Source: Phoronis australis
Taxonomy: Eukaryota; Animalia; Phoronida
NCBI GenBank assembly: GCA_002633005.1
Contig: NMRA01000088.1
Location: 58,186-122,185, forward strand
DNA: 64,000 nucleotides
Direction of reading: 5' to 3'
A program made the translations under genes and the position numbers. The notes below the pieces were generated by a model. It searched no databases and was not told where the DNA came from. It worked only from the letters and a program-made list of their open reading frames with translations. Below, in pieces: positions 26,701 through 41,700 of this stretch; the stretch's first letter is position 1; each line of letters starts with the position of its first letter.

Positions 26701-29700
26701 AGGTGGTGTGTTGAGGTGGCGTTGCATTGAGGTGGTGTTGTGTTGATGTGGTGTTGTGTTGATGTGGTGTTGTGTTGATGTGGTGTTGTGTTGAGGGGGT
26801 GTAGTGCTGTGGTGATGAGGGGGTGTTGTGTTGAGGGGGCGCTGGCTATCCTGTTGCTACTACTGTAGTTGTTGTTGTTATTTCTTTCAGGATTAAACTG
26901 AGAACTCCCGTGAAAGAAAATAAAACAAACAAAAACATAAAATCTACAAAAAAGTTTTAGTAATTGACACGTAAATCACACGTTATTCATAAACAAACCG
27001 ACTGAACAGATTATAAATTTTAGAATTTGACAGTCTGTAAATGCTATACAAACACAAGACACCATCTTTAAGGCTGACACTTTTTATCTGATAAGACGAC
27101 CTATTTGTTAAAACAATTGATAACTGCCAGACACCAGTCTTATTTCCTCTTCGAATGAATGCTGCGCGAGGGACCTCACAAATAATACCTCTTTTAAAAA
27201 TATCCAGTCTCCATTTCAAGTCATGTCCACACTACAAATTACCCTGGAACAACTTGCCCTCAGGAGCAACTTTGCTTCCGTTCACCAAAGTTTCCAATAA
27301 CTACCGGTATACATAGCTTACACTTAGCAATCAATAAGGCGCACAGAATTGGACACCCATATTTATGTAATTGAGCAAGTGAGCAGACGGCAGTTTAACT
27401 AAATTCCACCTTGCATGCAGGTTTGCATCTACACTAGGACTTGCAATAGGACATGTTAACTATATCCAAATGGGCGCTTAAACTAGCGCAAGTTGCACCT
27501 AGAACAACTTGCGCCCAATCAGTCACCACACAAGTGGTGTCAAGGAGGTGGAGCTGGTGCAATCACTTTGCGGATGTAATTTTATTATATTTTTATTACC
27601 TGTCACACTGTGAAGTACAAAATAACGGGAGATCAAGAAAACATTGGTTTGCGATATTTCACTGAAGTCTTCGATTACTTTTTTATTTATTGGACGTAAG
27701 CAAGAATGAAAAACTAAAGAGAAAAGAGAATTTGGTATGCAGTTTGTAAATGATGCGAAAAGCAATGATTCACCAATTGGATGTATTCAATCGCGCATGT
27801 GCTCAGCTAATAATTACTTCAGCTTTGACTAAGTTTGCTATCCACTGGGGCACTTGAAGAGGAGCAAGCTGCACTATAGAAGAGGTGGGATTGTCATAGT
27901 TGTCAAAGTCACACCTGAGTCAACTAGTTGAACTTTAGTCCACACAGTCACTTTAGCTATCATGGTAAGGAATATTATACTATCGATTTTACGAAATGCA
28001 GTTTTAATTAATTAAAATTTTCACAAAAATGTAGCTAGTAAGAGAATTAAATTTGTTTTCTAAGCTTTTGATTTTGTTGTGTGTTTATTTTGTGACAGAG
28101 GGGCATGTTGTTGCAGACTTTGAAATCAACCATACACTAAATACAAACAGAATTCCCTTCTGTGTATAAAATAATGAACACCAGCAGGAAATAGAAAAGT
28201 GTAAAGAAAAAACCCTTTTGCATGGCAAACACTATTTGCAAGGATACTCTTGAGTCTTGAAATTGACGTCAAAATAAACTTATGAGTCACGTGGAAGTGT
28301 ACAAGTTATCAAAGCGGAGAAAATGTCCAATTTCACAGAAATCTGCTTGTCACGCTTAAAACCTAATCAATTTACTTTTGTTTTCTTAAAAAGAACAACT
28401 TCAGGAACAAAAAGTTGTTTTCTCAATGATAATTTCTGTGGTACGGAACAATGGTCGTTAACAAATCTATTAGTTTGATCCGTAACCCAGGCACGTGCCA
28501 GTGCTGGTGTTTTGACATCGACAAATGATTACGACTTCACTTCACCTCGGAAAAACAAAGCTGAGAATTGATGGACAATTGGATAGCTTTAAAAACCAGG
28601 CTTTTATGATAACAATTGGCAAGTCTATACTATTGCCACAGCTGTTGACATGATGGAAACCATTTCGTAATCTCAGCAGACAGGAAAAACTGAAACCATA
28701 ACTCACTGGATCGCAGTGCGAAATGGCAATTAAAGAGTGTTTATTTAATTTTTTGCGATGTTAAATGTATAATATATAGACAAAAACAGCGGCTAGCAGA
28801 AGATGAATTGCTCTCAATGTCCTTTAGAATTGATACACTTTGGTGCGATCTAGAAAAACCCAAATACTAACAATACATTAGATGCTTAACTTTAGTTTAA
28901 TTACCGGGGACAATTAATTAGCCAACAAACACTAGGCAATGCAATTGGTGAAATAAATACGACCGGGGCACCTAATTCTTTTCTAAAACAGAACCATTTT
29001 TGAGATGGAAAGAAAAAATCCATTCCTCGCCAAATAGCGAATTAAAGGTTGTATGTGCGGTGCAGCTTACAAGTCTGCAGAGGTGGTATCGCTGTTCAGA
29101 CCCGTATTTATCAGTGAGCACCAGGGGGAGTGCTCAGAATGGGAGGCGGAGAACAGGAAAATGTGGGCACCACGGGACAGGAGAGCAACCCGCGGGATCA
29201 AGCAACAGCGGGATCCGGAACAACCGTACAGGGGAACATCTTTGCACAGAAAAAAGACAGCATGGGACGGAAAGTGCCAAATGGGGAAGCGGATCACTAT
29301 GGTAATACTGAGATGCGAGAACAGCAGTAGAGGCATATAACCACAGAATTTGGTATGGGCAACAGCAACAAACATCTGCTGCAAAGAATGGAATGGTCCC
29401 AAAGCTGTTACACCAGCAAAGGTGAAAGTAACAAGGTCTTAAATCATTCCCTGAATGTTGGCAAGGAAAATGGGATTGCAAGTTTATCCAAATTTGTGGT
29501 CTAAATCCCAAATATCTAGCATTAATTAGCAGTTATGACCTGTGGTTGACACCTGGCATTTGGCAATTTCAATTTAAATTGAATTCTGTCTTAATTTGAA
29601 ATTTAAATGATGCAAGACAAATGATGTTTTCGCATAGGTGCATAGGGTTAGCTAACACTTGGAAATGTCAGTGATATAACATTTCAGAGTCGAGGTAAAA

Positions 29701-32700
29701 ACAATCAGATTATTTTGCCAGCATAATGAAACGCTGAAACCCACTTGCAGCCGCAAAGTGTGACAATAGCGCAACGAAGTTTATTGGGTTTTACACTTTC
29801 ATTTTTTAATAAAATCAAACATAAACAACAATAAATTTTAAAACATATCAGATTAATTTTCAATTATACTTCAACTTAGTTTCAATTATGACTGTTGTAG
29901 GTGTTAGTCGGCTTGCTCGATTTTGATGTTGTAAAATCAAAAAAAGTTAACACAAAAAATGCATCGGTATTTACAAGTTTAAGACATGAGCATGGAATTA
30001 TTTCAAAACTAGTCCTGCAGATATAGAGCAAATCTATGTATGTTGTCTGACAAATCAAGAATCCTGGATATTGAGTGTATTAGGAGAACGAGGTAAAATT
30101 TCCATTTCACAACAGAATGGTTTAGATGTAACATTTGGCTTTGAAACACGACAACGTGATTCCTGCTTACTCCACTGTCAATGGCAATCTTACACTTCAC
30201 AACATGGACGTTCATTTCACGCTTGATACACTTAGGTATCTGCCAAACTGAAAATTAAACTTGCAAGTCTCGAATGCCATTAAGCTATTAAATTTCACAC
30301 AGCAGAATTTTCAGGGCAATGCCAAGGAATTTATGGCACTGATTTGAATTATTTTCACGCTAATTATAATAAAAACGTGCTAGATGAAGCCATTCACCAA
30401 CTCAGAGAGCCGGTGGCAGCTAAATTGACCAAAGCTACTATATTGCCTTGGGCAAAAAGTGATATGGAAATCAGTTATAAATGTGTGTAGTCCGTAAATT
30501 GTTCCAGAGGGTGCCATCATTGGCCGTATGTATACAAAGGCCTGCAGGGCTATTTCTATGTTGTAGGCATAAAACCTAATATCAGACCTTCAGAAGTTGA
30601 CCCCGATAAAACATAAAAACAACAGCCAGAGGCTGCGGGCAGGTGTTTGTTTTTTAACCAATGTCGAGAGGCTTTTGTACTTTTGATTATATGTAGTATA
30701 GGTTCCAGCCATTCACAACAATTTTCATCTGTGAAATCATAAAAATGTGGCTATTTCAGTTTTAGTTTGTCAACATGCTTGCCTTCAAACGACAAATCTC
30801 ATACATAATTAAAATTAAATCTTGGTAATCAAAGCAGTTTGACATTGTCTAATCTCTTGTATTCGGAACTTGACTTGAAACTGACCAATTGCATGGTAGA
30901 TTTTGCGTAAAACTTGCACTCGAATAATGCACCCTGATTGGTTAAGTTTCGAGTCTGACTCTGCCGGAATCCAGCTTCAGTTCGTGAATAGACCCAGAAA
31001 CTAACAGTTTCTTTACTTGTCCACCATTAATAATGCCAACTGTCATGTTTTTCCTTGCACTTTCATAACAAAATCAAAACTACTACATCTGGCAATGTGA
31101 GGATGTTAGATCTTTTTGTGGCAGCAACTTTCAATAAAAAAAACCCCGACTTATATTTCACTTGGAGTAAACCACTAGTCTGTGCTAAGAATTGGGGTGA
31201 GCCAAGAAGACAGAGACTGTCCTAAAGTATTTTGTTTTGATTCCACACCAAATACTGTTTGTTTTCTTTTAGATAATAATTTGACAGTAACTCTTGACTC
31301 ATGCCCAACACCTTGTGACTGACAATGTTGAGAGTGCCGACAGGGTGAGTGAAGTGAACATGTGAATATTTCCATACACTAATCACAAAAAATGTCAACA
31401 AAAGTCCATCAACCCAAATGATGCAGACAGCTGATCCTCAACTTATCACATACAAACACACAATTTCTCTGCTGTATGCTGGCAATGCCTACACAATCTG
31501 CAGGCAAAAGGGTCTACGTGAAGTGTTGAGCCAGAAATTTGCGAGTGTTGACAAGCAATATTGTATTATCACAAACTCTGGCAAGTAGTGACGTAATCAT
31601 CCACAAAAATCCACTTGCCATGTCTGAACTGTTCTGTCAAAGATTACATTTCAAGGTCAAATGTTTTTTCGCATCACCCGGATGTTCGTGATCTCATATC
31701 AAGGAGTTTTGTAATCAGAACAATTTTGTAGAGCACACTATGATATATATCAACTCACGTTTTTATTGCCTGTTTACATTCTGTAAAATACTCTACGATG
31801 AAGCCTCGCCAATTTTGGACAAAAGCAATTACCGAAATTTCCTTTTTTCTTTTTTCAAAAGCTTCTAACATCGTTATGAACGTCTGCAATTTTTTCAAAT
31901 ATCATCTGCTGGTTCAGCCATGGTACAGACATTCAGAACACTTAAAAGCATAACTTTATTGCTACATATCTTTCAAAAAATCGTCGTGGCAACACGATTT
32001 CGTGAGGCAACCGAGTTGTCTTTTACAGCTAGTCCAGCTTCTTGATGGATTTCCCGGCCATGAAAAGCCATGAGACAAAAACCGATGCCCTGAGAAAAAG
32101 ACGACCAAAAATGGCGGATACTGAAACGTGAACGAATTAGCTGACAAATGTTTTCGAATGGCTGTCCATCAACGCTAGTGATACCTACCCTCTTACGAGC
32201 TTGCTGCTGCTCCTTCTGAGAGTGAGTTTTGTGATGTTTCCGTAGAGAACTTGGGTCCGTGTAACGCTTCGTGCAACCCATCACTGTGCATGCGTACGGT
32301 TTCTGTGAAAAAAAACAAAACAACAAAAATTAGTTATAAACATAATAAGACTAACCCAGTTTGTTACAATGTTCATCCGGCAAAGTGCATTACAATCGAC
32401 GTTTTTCATACTCAGTCAGCAGCACGTAACAGTTATTACAAGTGGTGATTTGAGTGAACTATGGCTTGTTTTAGTATTTTAACTGATCCTGTATTTGTCC
32501 GATTTCTATCTTCGAAAAATCAAATATGAATCTCGATTTGTTAAAAATTAAAACTTGCTCAAAACTAGTCCTTCTGTAGCAGTTGTTTGTTATTCATTTG
32601 ATTCTTTAACCAGGGAGTGTTCTTCAGAAAATAAATAGGTACAGGTATGCCTCCATGAAGTCACAAAGAAGACATTTCAATTTCTAAGAATAATTAAAAT

Positions 32701-35700
32701 ACACTGCCATTTCAATACCTGACTAAAAGGTGACCCGTTTCAATACCCTAATCGGTGAAAACCGTAACCATTTCAATGCCAAAATCAGCGAACCCAGTGC
32801 CAGATGTCCATACACCCACACCCTGGGACAATCCCCGCGGCACAAAACATATTACGAATAACAACAAAGTGTTTTTAACAAACATACGCCATTGTTCTGT
32901 ACCACAGCCTGGGAAAAACTATCCTCGATTTTTATTACTCAATTTAGGACACAAAAACTTGAGAAGTGACTCAAGAATGCCATTAGGCTCGTGTGAGTCT
33001 ACAGTCATAAAGCAATGTTTTGTTTATTGGAATTAATGACTCTCAATTCGCATACGTCACAAGTCCAACGTAAACGTCACAATGTGAAAAAAGATGATTT
33101 GAGTTATCAACACAATTTGTTACAGAAACCATCCAACCAGAGAACATGTGCGAGTCACTTGTCCAGTGTAAATAAAATCTTTTTTTCTAACAACAATCAC
33201 ACATCCTGATAAGAACTTGGAAGAATGGGTCTGGGAATTGAACCACAAAGGACGACAGGGAAAACGTTTGGTGTGGGAACATGACAGGGACTGACTCAGG
33301 TTTGAGAACATGTTGGGCTATTAACATTTAAACAAAAGCCATTTTTGATGAGAAAAATGGCGTTGACAATCGAGAACAATTAATTCGAGTATCAGCAAAT
33401 CAAAACATTTACCCCCACTTGAAACAGCTTAAGATAGTTTGTTTACTAAAAACTTTTCATATCACCACTAACAGTTTCCACTCTGCTTATGTTCCCACCA
33501 TTTTCAACCAGTTGTAATATTATTCAAATTTTAACACATCGTGATGTGTGAACCACTTCTAATGAAACACCACAGCATAGTTAAACCCGAGATCATAAAA
33601 TCAATTCCTGAGTCGAGGCTCAAGCGTCTTGGATCTTCATAATAACAACTACCACATTTAATTAATATTAGTTTGACCAACCATCAACTTAACTATGCAA
33701 TTTCAAAACAAAAAGCGATCACGATGGCACGGAATTACGTCAAAAAGGTGCTTAGCATTTAATTACCTTTACAAGGCATTCTATATACGTGGGCAACTTT
33801 CAATCAATAATCCCGAATTGCCAATTTCTATAACGTAACATTAAAATCAGGAAAAGCTTCTCTATCTCATATCAGTTATTTTAGTAGCATGATCCTTGAC
33901 AAAGACATAAATCGGATCAGCCTTGAACTCAACCGACTCAGAGAAAGGTGAAATCTAGGCTGATACGTGTTTTACCGGGTGTTTGTTCACAGTGATATTC
34001 TAAATATACTTTATTTTTCACTTCGTTTTCTTCAGTTCCATTTCCCCGGAGGCTTTATGAGCAATCACGTATATTTTATTTTGTTCACCACTACTTCATT
34101 GAAATGACTTTTTTTACTTGCTAAGGAAGTCCAAGGAATATTTCTTGGAATCTTAGTTTAAGTACTCTCCCATCATGATTTGCTGCGCCTCACTGTGGGA
34201 ATATCCTTAATTACGAATGAGCGGTATCTCATTTCACTGCACAGAAGTAAGAAGCAAGTCGTGACTGATACTGTTAAATATTGATTAATACCGTAAGTGA
34301 TATCCCAACTAATAAAAGCAGAAAATGTAGACAAGAAGGCATAATCTTCTAAGTATCCCAAAATCTCAGGCACGTGTGGTATTAAAGTTTAGTTTTTGAA
34401 CAAAAGCTTCACAAGCAGAAGTGCACAACATGGAGACAGACAAAATGCTCCGTGGTTTTTTAAGGGAATTTCATACTAAAATCTCGTACATTTTCGAATG
34501 CTGTATTTATCAGCAACTGAAGGAATCCCATGATGCCTAAGCCCCACTGAATTGTGCCAAATTTCGTACACATTTGAATGTTATTTCAGCAGCTGAATGG
34601 TTCCGGGGATTTCTAACCCATTCTAAATCGGCTAGATGGCTCATCAGTTTCAACTATTGATACAACCACATTGTATCAGGTTTTCAAGCATTGCTTCTGG
34701 AAAACATTTAACTCTCATGGTGTTGAATTGAAGGGAAATTCTCGGCGAGAAAGGAAAATTGTACGAAAACTAACGGGAGAGTGGAATCAAACCGAGTAGC
34801 CCCGCAGCAACAGCCGAATGGAAATGTCTGGCAGATAACGGCGAGAATTGGTGATTTATGATAAAATCACTTAAAACATAAAGGGTTTTCTTGCTGTACA
34901 ACACTGGTCAAAGATAATAACTTCAAGAATTCTATCCCATCCAACGATAATCCAAAAATGCGTTTATGGATGTAAAACCAACAGTCTCTTTAACAAGGGC
35001 AACAGATTAGAACAAGAACAAAATGATGGCGATGAGAAGAACAATTAATGCAAGTCGTGTAAAACTTACCGTGTCCTGATGAGTGCGCTGATGTTTGGCT
35101 CTGTCTGATGAGTTACTGAATGCCTTGCTGCAACCTATATGTTGGCAGACGTATGGCCGTTCGCCTGTATGTGAGCGCAGGTGAATTTTCAGGTTCTCCA
35201 GACGTGAGAAGGCTTTATTGCAATTTTCAAACTGGAAACAGAGAGCGATGACAGTGAATTATTATATTTAGACTATTACTAAGTATAAGAAAAAAATCTT
35301 AATTTTGGGATAAAATTGCTAATACAATCGTCATTTTTCAAAATTTCAAAAGGCTCCACAGTAAATGTTGTTGAATGACAAAGCAGAGATCAAATACTGA
35401 TGACAATGAGGGGTAAAGTATCCTAAATAACATTTGTCTGAAAATTTTATGGTGAAATCTCTACACAATATGATCGACGAGTGAAATTTTATTTCATCGT
35501 TTTTTTTCCACGTAAAATATACAGCACCAAATTCAATAAACTTCCATATTCAAGTTTTGCACCACAGCTACCAAGCATAAGACAAAAGTATTGAAAAATT
35601 GCGGACTTTGCTATGATTTTAGAAGCCGTTGAAAAATGAAAAGTAACATTTGTCCGAAATTGACGAGCCGTTACCGTAGTATGGTAAAAGTTTGCCAGGT

Positions 35701-38700
35701 TTGGATGGTGAAAAATTAACTGCAGTGCTTAAGGTCGCAGATTGTACCAAATTCCCCAATTGTCCGCATACGCGGCTTAAAATGAAGAATTTATACCACG
35801 ATATTAGTAATATCAACACATATGTTAAATGGCTAAATCACACTACTGAAAGGCATCGAGAGTCTAATATCAATATCACGGTGCTGAAACTGTACCAAGT
35901 ACATGCTACATGTTTTACAATTTGTAATCAAATCCTTGTAATGCACAATAAATAATCATAATGGTTGGTGCTATAGTGGCAACGTATTTGCATAAGTCGC
36001 CACAAAAATCTTTAAAATTTCGACAGTATTGGTTGCTCTGGGGAGTGACTATGGTAAGGTTGCATACAGCTAGGTCATTGTTTCATACATTTAGCATTTA
36101 ATGTCATGATTCTTAATTTCAGTGTGTATTTGTGTCTTTTCAAGAGCTGAAGTCTTATTAATTCAAGACAGATGTCATGTAATACGTCAGGTAGCGCAAA
36201 AACAAAAGGATTTTTTGTACATTTAGAGAATTTTTTACGTCATTTATCTCAATGTAAAATATGTATGTGGTAAAAGTTATTCAATAAAGATGGTTGCTAA
36301 AAATTAACATTTTTCTACTTTTCAGAAACTCACTACAGCTGCAAATGTGCACAATTTTACAAAATATTGCTTGGTGACAGCTGAAGCAAAGCATTTCCTG
36401 AAGTTATTTTTGTTGGGAAATTTAACAAAATGTCTTGTCCGCCATTTTGTGTCACACTGTGACAGTTTATGAACTATTTTTATGTGTTTTTCTACCTTGA
36501 CACACTGACATGTATAACATTCACTCATTTTTATACAAAAATTACAGTAAAGGGTTTTAGCACTTAACTATGAACTAACATAACTCGGAGCGACAGAGAA
36601 ATTTTAAGTAACCAATGTGCTCAAAGAGCAACTGATAATTTTTGTACAAACCCAGAACAAATATTCTTATTTTGCCTGAAAAATCTACGCACATTCTCTA
36701 AACCGTTAATTAACAACTAAGAAGATTGGCTTGGGGGGATTAGCGTTTCGCTGCTCTTTTTAAGAACAGGGTAATAAATAATTTTCTGACCCAATTGTTG
36801 TTATTGGCCTTAGACACAAGAATTTCCTGATCAGCGTTTAAGTCTCAAAAGTATCACTTAACACTTCTTAAGATGTATCGATCAAACCCCGAGAAAAACA
36901 CGCTTTACAGCCAGGAAGGAAATGCGCACGGGACTCAAACCAGATCAATACGAAGGCATTGTGTTTGCTGATTAAGTCTAAACTTTTCAACACATTCCAG
37001 ATTTCACAGGAAGGAATAGACGAATGCGATAACGGGATAAAAATGAGCTAAATTTACAATACAAATAAATCAAAAACCTGATAACACATAGATTTTCAAC
37101 CACGGCAAATGTTATAGTGAAGCATCACGTTTTAACACACCAATATCATTGATGAGAATTTTGTTTAAAACGACAATTACTCAGGACGTAATGTCTTCAG
37201 ATGCCTTTCACCTGACAAGCTGAATAATTTAAATATCAAGAAATCATTTCAGAATTATGACAATGAATATCAACAAAGCCCATCTTACACGGGGGTGATG
37301 TATATACCACAAAACCTGAGATATGTGGCCTCACCAATGACCATAGACTGGTGATGGTGAGATGGCAACTGTCTCCCACACAATAGATGGCAAGACTGTC
37401 TCGTCCATGAGTCGTCTCACTTACAACATGCCGTGGAAATCGATATTTGTTTAGTACGCACTAAAATAGTCCGGCACACAAACAATTTACCACTACAAGT
37501 TAATGCGACAGCCATACTTTTTACGTCAGAAAATTAATGGATGCCGTTACATATGGAGATAATCTGACCAGATATCAGTAATATACAACACATCAGTGTT
37601 TGCATACTAACTAAATGAACCAGAGCCCCTGTGTATGAAGGTGAATCAAATACATCGAAACATAATGACCCGTTTCTACCCTGTCTCGATGTGCCTAGAC
37701 CAATCAACGGACTTCCCGCCTTTTCTTAGAACGGAACCAGGATGTGATGATGCAGTAGAAGATATAAAAAATCAAGGTGCACCTTTATTACTGTTTTTTT
37801 ACTGTGCACAGAAACTGGGAAATATATTCATTAATCAAAACCTATGCTTAATTAAAAACAGGTGAGTATCATTAGGAATTAGGTTCCCTTCAAGTAATGC
37901 CTTCCTACATCTACACGACACGTAGACTATTTGGGTCGCAATCTTTTGTTTAAACATGATTTGCGGAGAGCGGGTCGAGAGCTTGAAAAAAAAAACATGG
38001 AGATGATGAAAGTGAAGCCGAATGTTTATTTCAATAAAACATCCACGTTGGGAAAAGATCAGAGATCTTCTTTATCACAACTGTCCCCTTGATAGACAAT
38101 TGCAAGTGTAAAAACATTCGATGATGCTTTACACGGCAAATAGTACTTGAGATTGCGTGGATGTTGTTCGGTACAAGCCAATACTTAAGTGCAAACAAAA
38201 CGTGACCGCCTCTGTAGTAACGAAGGAGTTGATCAATTCGAGAAAATACCAATGATGGCTTCAAAAACACCACACATTCTTTGCATCATTTGCATTTACA
38301 GACAATGTTAAAGAATGAATCAAAAAGCGCCAAACGGTAGTGACTATNGATGATGAAAGTGAAGCCGAATGTTTATTTCAATAAAACATCCACGTTGGGA
38401 AAAGATCAGAGATCTTCTTTATCACAACTGTCCCCTTGATAGACAATTGCAAGTGTAAAAACATTCGATGATGCTTTACACGGCAAATAGTACTTGAGAT
38501 TGCGTGGATGTTGTTCGGTACAAGCCAATACTTAAGTGCAAACAAAACGTGACCGCCTCTGTAGTAACGAAGGAGTTGATCAATTCGAGAAAATACCAAT
38601 GATGGCTTCAAAAACACCACACATTCTTTGCATCATTTGCATTTACAGACAATGTTAAAGAACGAATTAAAAAGCGCCAAACGGTAGTGACTATTTACAG

Positions 38701-41700
38701 AAAGTTGATCCGCGGACTACACTGAAGCTGTGTTCCGCCAATGGAATTTAGAGTACAGCTGCAAAATATGTGGAAAATGATTTAATGTCTAGTATAAAAA
38801 TGGAAGATTAGAGGGTGTAGATTTTCCCTATCGGAAGGGACAGCTGCCACCTTGGAATTGGATGCTTTTGTTCTCTTATCTAAGCTTTGTAGCAATTGTC
38901 TGTGGTAGGCAGACGAAAACTGTGGTGACTGAAAGTGCCAGGGTTTGATGACGGGACCATTAGCTGCGTTCTCACGTATTTCGAAATCTCGGAAATATTT
39001 CAGGAAAACATTAACGGGATAAATTCCAAAAATGGTCGTGTATCCAAGGATTCCTGCTGACTGCCGGAATACCCATATTTTTGTCACTGCTGTTGGCAGG
39101 GATTGACACTATGGTACTCTAAATTAAGTAAGCAATCGTAACTCACGAATGAAATTTCCCGGTATTAGTTCAGACAAATTGGGTGGAACTCAAACTACCA
39201 AGTAAATTGTGTCAGAATACAAAAAAAAATGATCAAAATTTTAGTGGAATAAATAATGGGAATACTACAACTAAATTTCACACAGGAACGGCATTATTAG
39301 AATTAGTCTCGTGTCGACTCATCCCTTGGTATTGTGCCACTGGTACCTTGCTTTCCCGCTTTCCCAGGTATTGCGCTGATATTGTATGGCAGCATCCCCC
39401 CTTCTATTGTGCGGGAAATCCTCCTGGTAGACGAGGAGACTTACACAGATATTTCCACCTAAACACTTTAAGGCCGTTTGATTTGCCCATTCTGTTATTC
39501 TAATACAAAACTTCCTGTTCGATTTGTCCAACAAAGAGTATCATTTCCGTGATTTTTATCCATGAGCAGAAAAGATTCGGTGACATACCGATGTGACATC
39601 AACAGCAAAAAGTAATTATTTGATGCAAAATTTGCTGTGAGCTCTTTTCTAATTATGAAAAGTTTGTATCAGCAACACACGCCATTTTGATTTAAAACGT
39701 TGAGTCGACTTGACGCTCTCCTATAATCACCTTGGACGCAACTCAATGCTACTAAGAAGAGATAAATCAAACAGCTCATTATTTGCTGACTTAAATCTGG
39801 CCTTGTAGCATATACTAGTCTCAACATACATTTTCCTAGTGAAAAATCTCCACAGTGCAAACAAAATCCAGACCAAGGATTTTTTATACGGCCAACCTAA
39901 AAACCGAATTCACACACTGTTTACTCATTGGATGACCAAGTTCAAATATTGACCTACTCGAGAACGAAGAACACGGGATTTAACGACTGTCGAATTATTT
40001 GATGTAATGTGCAAATACACGTGCACGTGTATGAGATGGCTAGGTGCAAGTGTACCGAAAACTGAGTTACTAAAAGACCGTGAAAATTCATTATTTTTCA
40101 TTTTTAACCAGTAAAAAGACAGAATGCATTAAATAAGACACAAAACAAACAAGAACATAAAATTTCAGGCACCACAAAGAAGAACAGACCCCAAAACAGA
40201 TACAACAATGTGAAAATGTTGCTAAGAACATTATTAAGAACTCTACTGTTCCCCGCAGTTGTTCCGATAAGTTGTTTACCACTTTTTTCTAGTAACTAAT
40301 TAACAGTTGACAAGCAAATAAGGTACAAAACAATAACAAAATTGATCAGACATTATGAATTGCAAATCAATTCTCACAAAGAGCTTAATTATTCACACTG
40401 TTTGGCTTGCAACAATGCGCAATGAATGTCCTGATAAACTGCTAGATTGGTCAAATCAATAAGTCATTTTAATTGTAACCGGCGCCATCTCAAAATTCGG
40501 ATTACACCATTACTAGAAGTGGCCACTGTTTTAGTTTTCTTCTGATGATGGTGTTTTAACAAACGCCGAAACATGTCAAGCCGGTTTAAATCCGTCATTT
40601 TTATGTACATATTACCAGAAGTAACATTGTTTTTGGTGTTTTTATTTTTTATGTTTCTGTAAGCATTAGTGTACACGCTGACACTATCCAGGGGTGGATC
40701 CAGGGGTAGTACCGCCCACTCAGTTACATAAGTAAAACTGCTAGAGAGCACCTCTTGTGCATTGCTGGACCCTAAGTCACCATCCTGGATCTGCTCCCAT
40801 TTGGAAGGATTGCTAAAAGAAACGGCGTTAGGTTACAAAAAGGTTTTGGTGGTTCTAGCTATAATTATGGTAGGCACATCAGTAGGCTTTTTTGATGGTA
40901 AAAACACATTAGAGAAATAAATTCTGCAGTTTTTATATTAACAACGTTTTTGGAAGAATTTAGACATCCATGGCTGGTCTGTCATTTTAAATATTATTGC
41001 TAGCATCATCTTTTGTGTGTAAACCGAGAATATTTTGAAGTTGCAAGACTATTGTTACGGAATTCTTGGACAAAACAATTGAAAAAGAACGAGGAGTTAA
41101 AATTAAAGTAGAACTGGGATGCATTCTGAAGATGCAAGACACTCTTGAAAATGCATGATCACACAAGTCTTGGCAAGATGTCGCCATGCTGTAACACTCA
41201 ATCAAATTAGTTTAATTCTCACAAGCGTTTCGCGTCTGCAGGTATATTCAGAAGGGTAGATTTGACGAGTTCTAGTAATCTGGGGGAGTTGGGTGGCTTA
41301 TCTTAAGCCCTAATTAATAACGACAGATTTATGTGATGTTTGTCCAGTGTCATAGATACAATGCTGAAATTGCCAGGATAATTTAGAAAAACTTTTCACT
41401 CAGAATAGTTCAAGATACAGCCCAAACTCCAGCATAGATTAGGGGAGACAAAATCATCGCTAACGTTCTTAATGCGTCATCTCTGAACATTTTATCAAAT
41501 CGTTTTATACCAACTAGACAAAACAAGTCAATCCTGAATACAAGATGGACGGAATCGTTAAATTGTGAGCCTCAATAAGTGTTTGTTCTCATGGTAACAC
41601 AAGACTGCTCTACTACAAGTATAGAAACTCATTTTAACTGCTACGGTAACTTAGAGGTAAGATGAGGCGAAAATGGTGACAGCTACTGACGGCAATTGAT

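Noticed and set aside
38002-38694. Tandem duplicated 80-aa ORF (38031-38273 and 38378-38620)
   Set aside because: The copies sit either side of a single N and differ by only a couple of bases: typical unmerged haplotype/contig overlap, and the ORF has no recognisable protein features.
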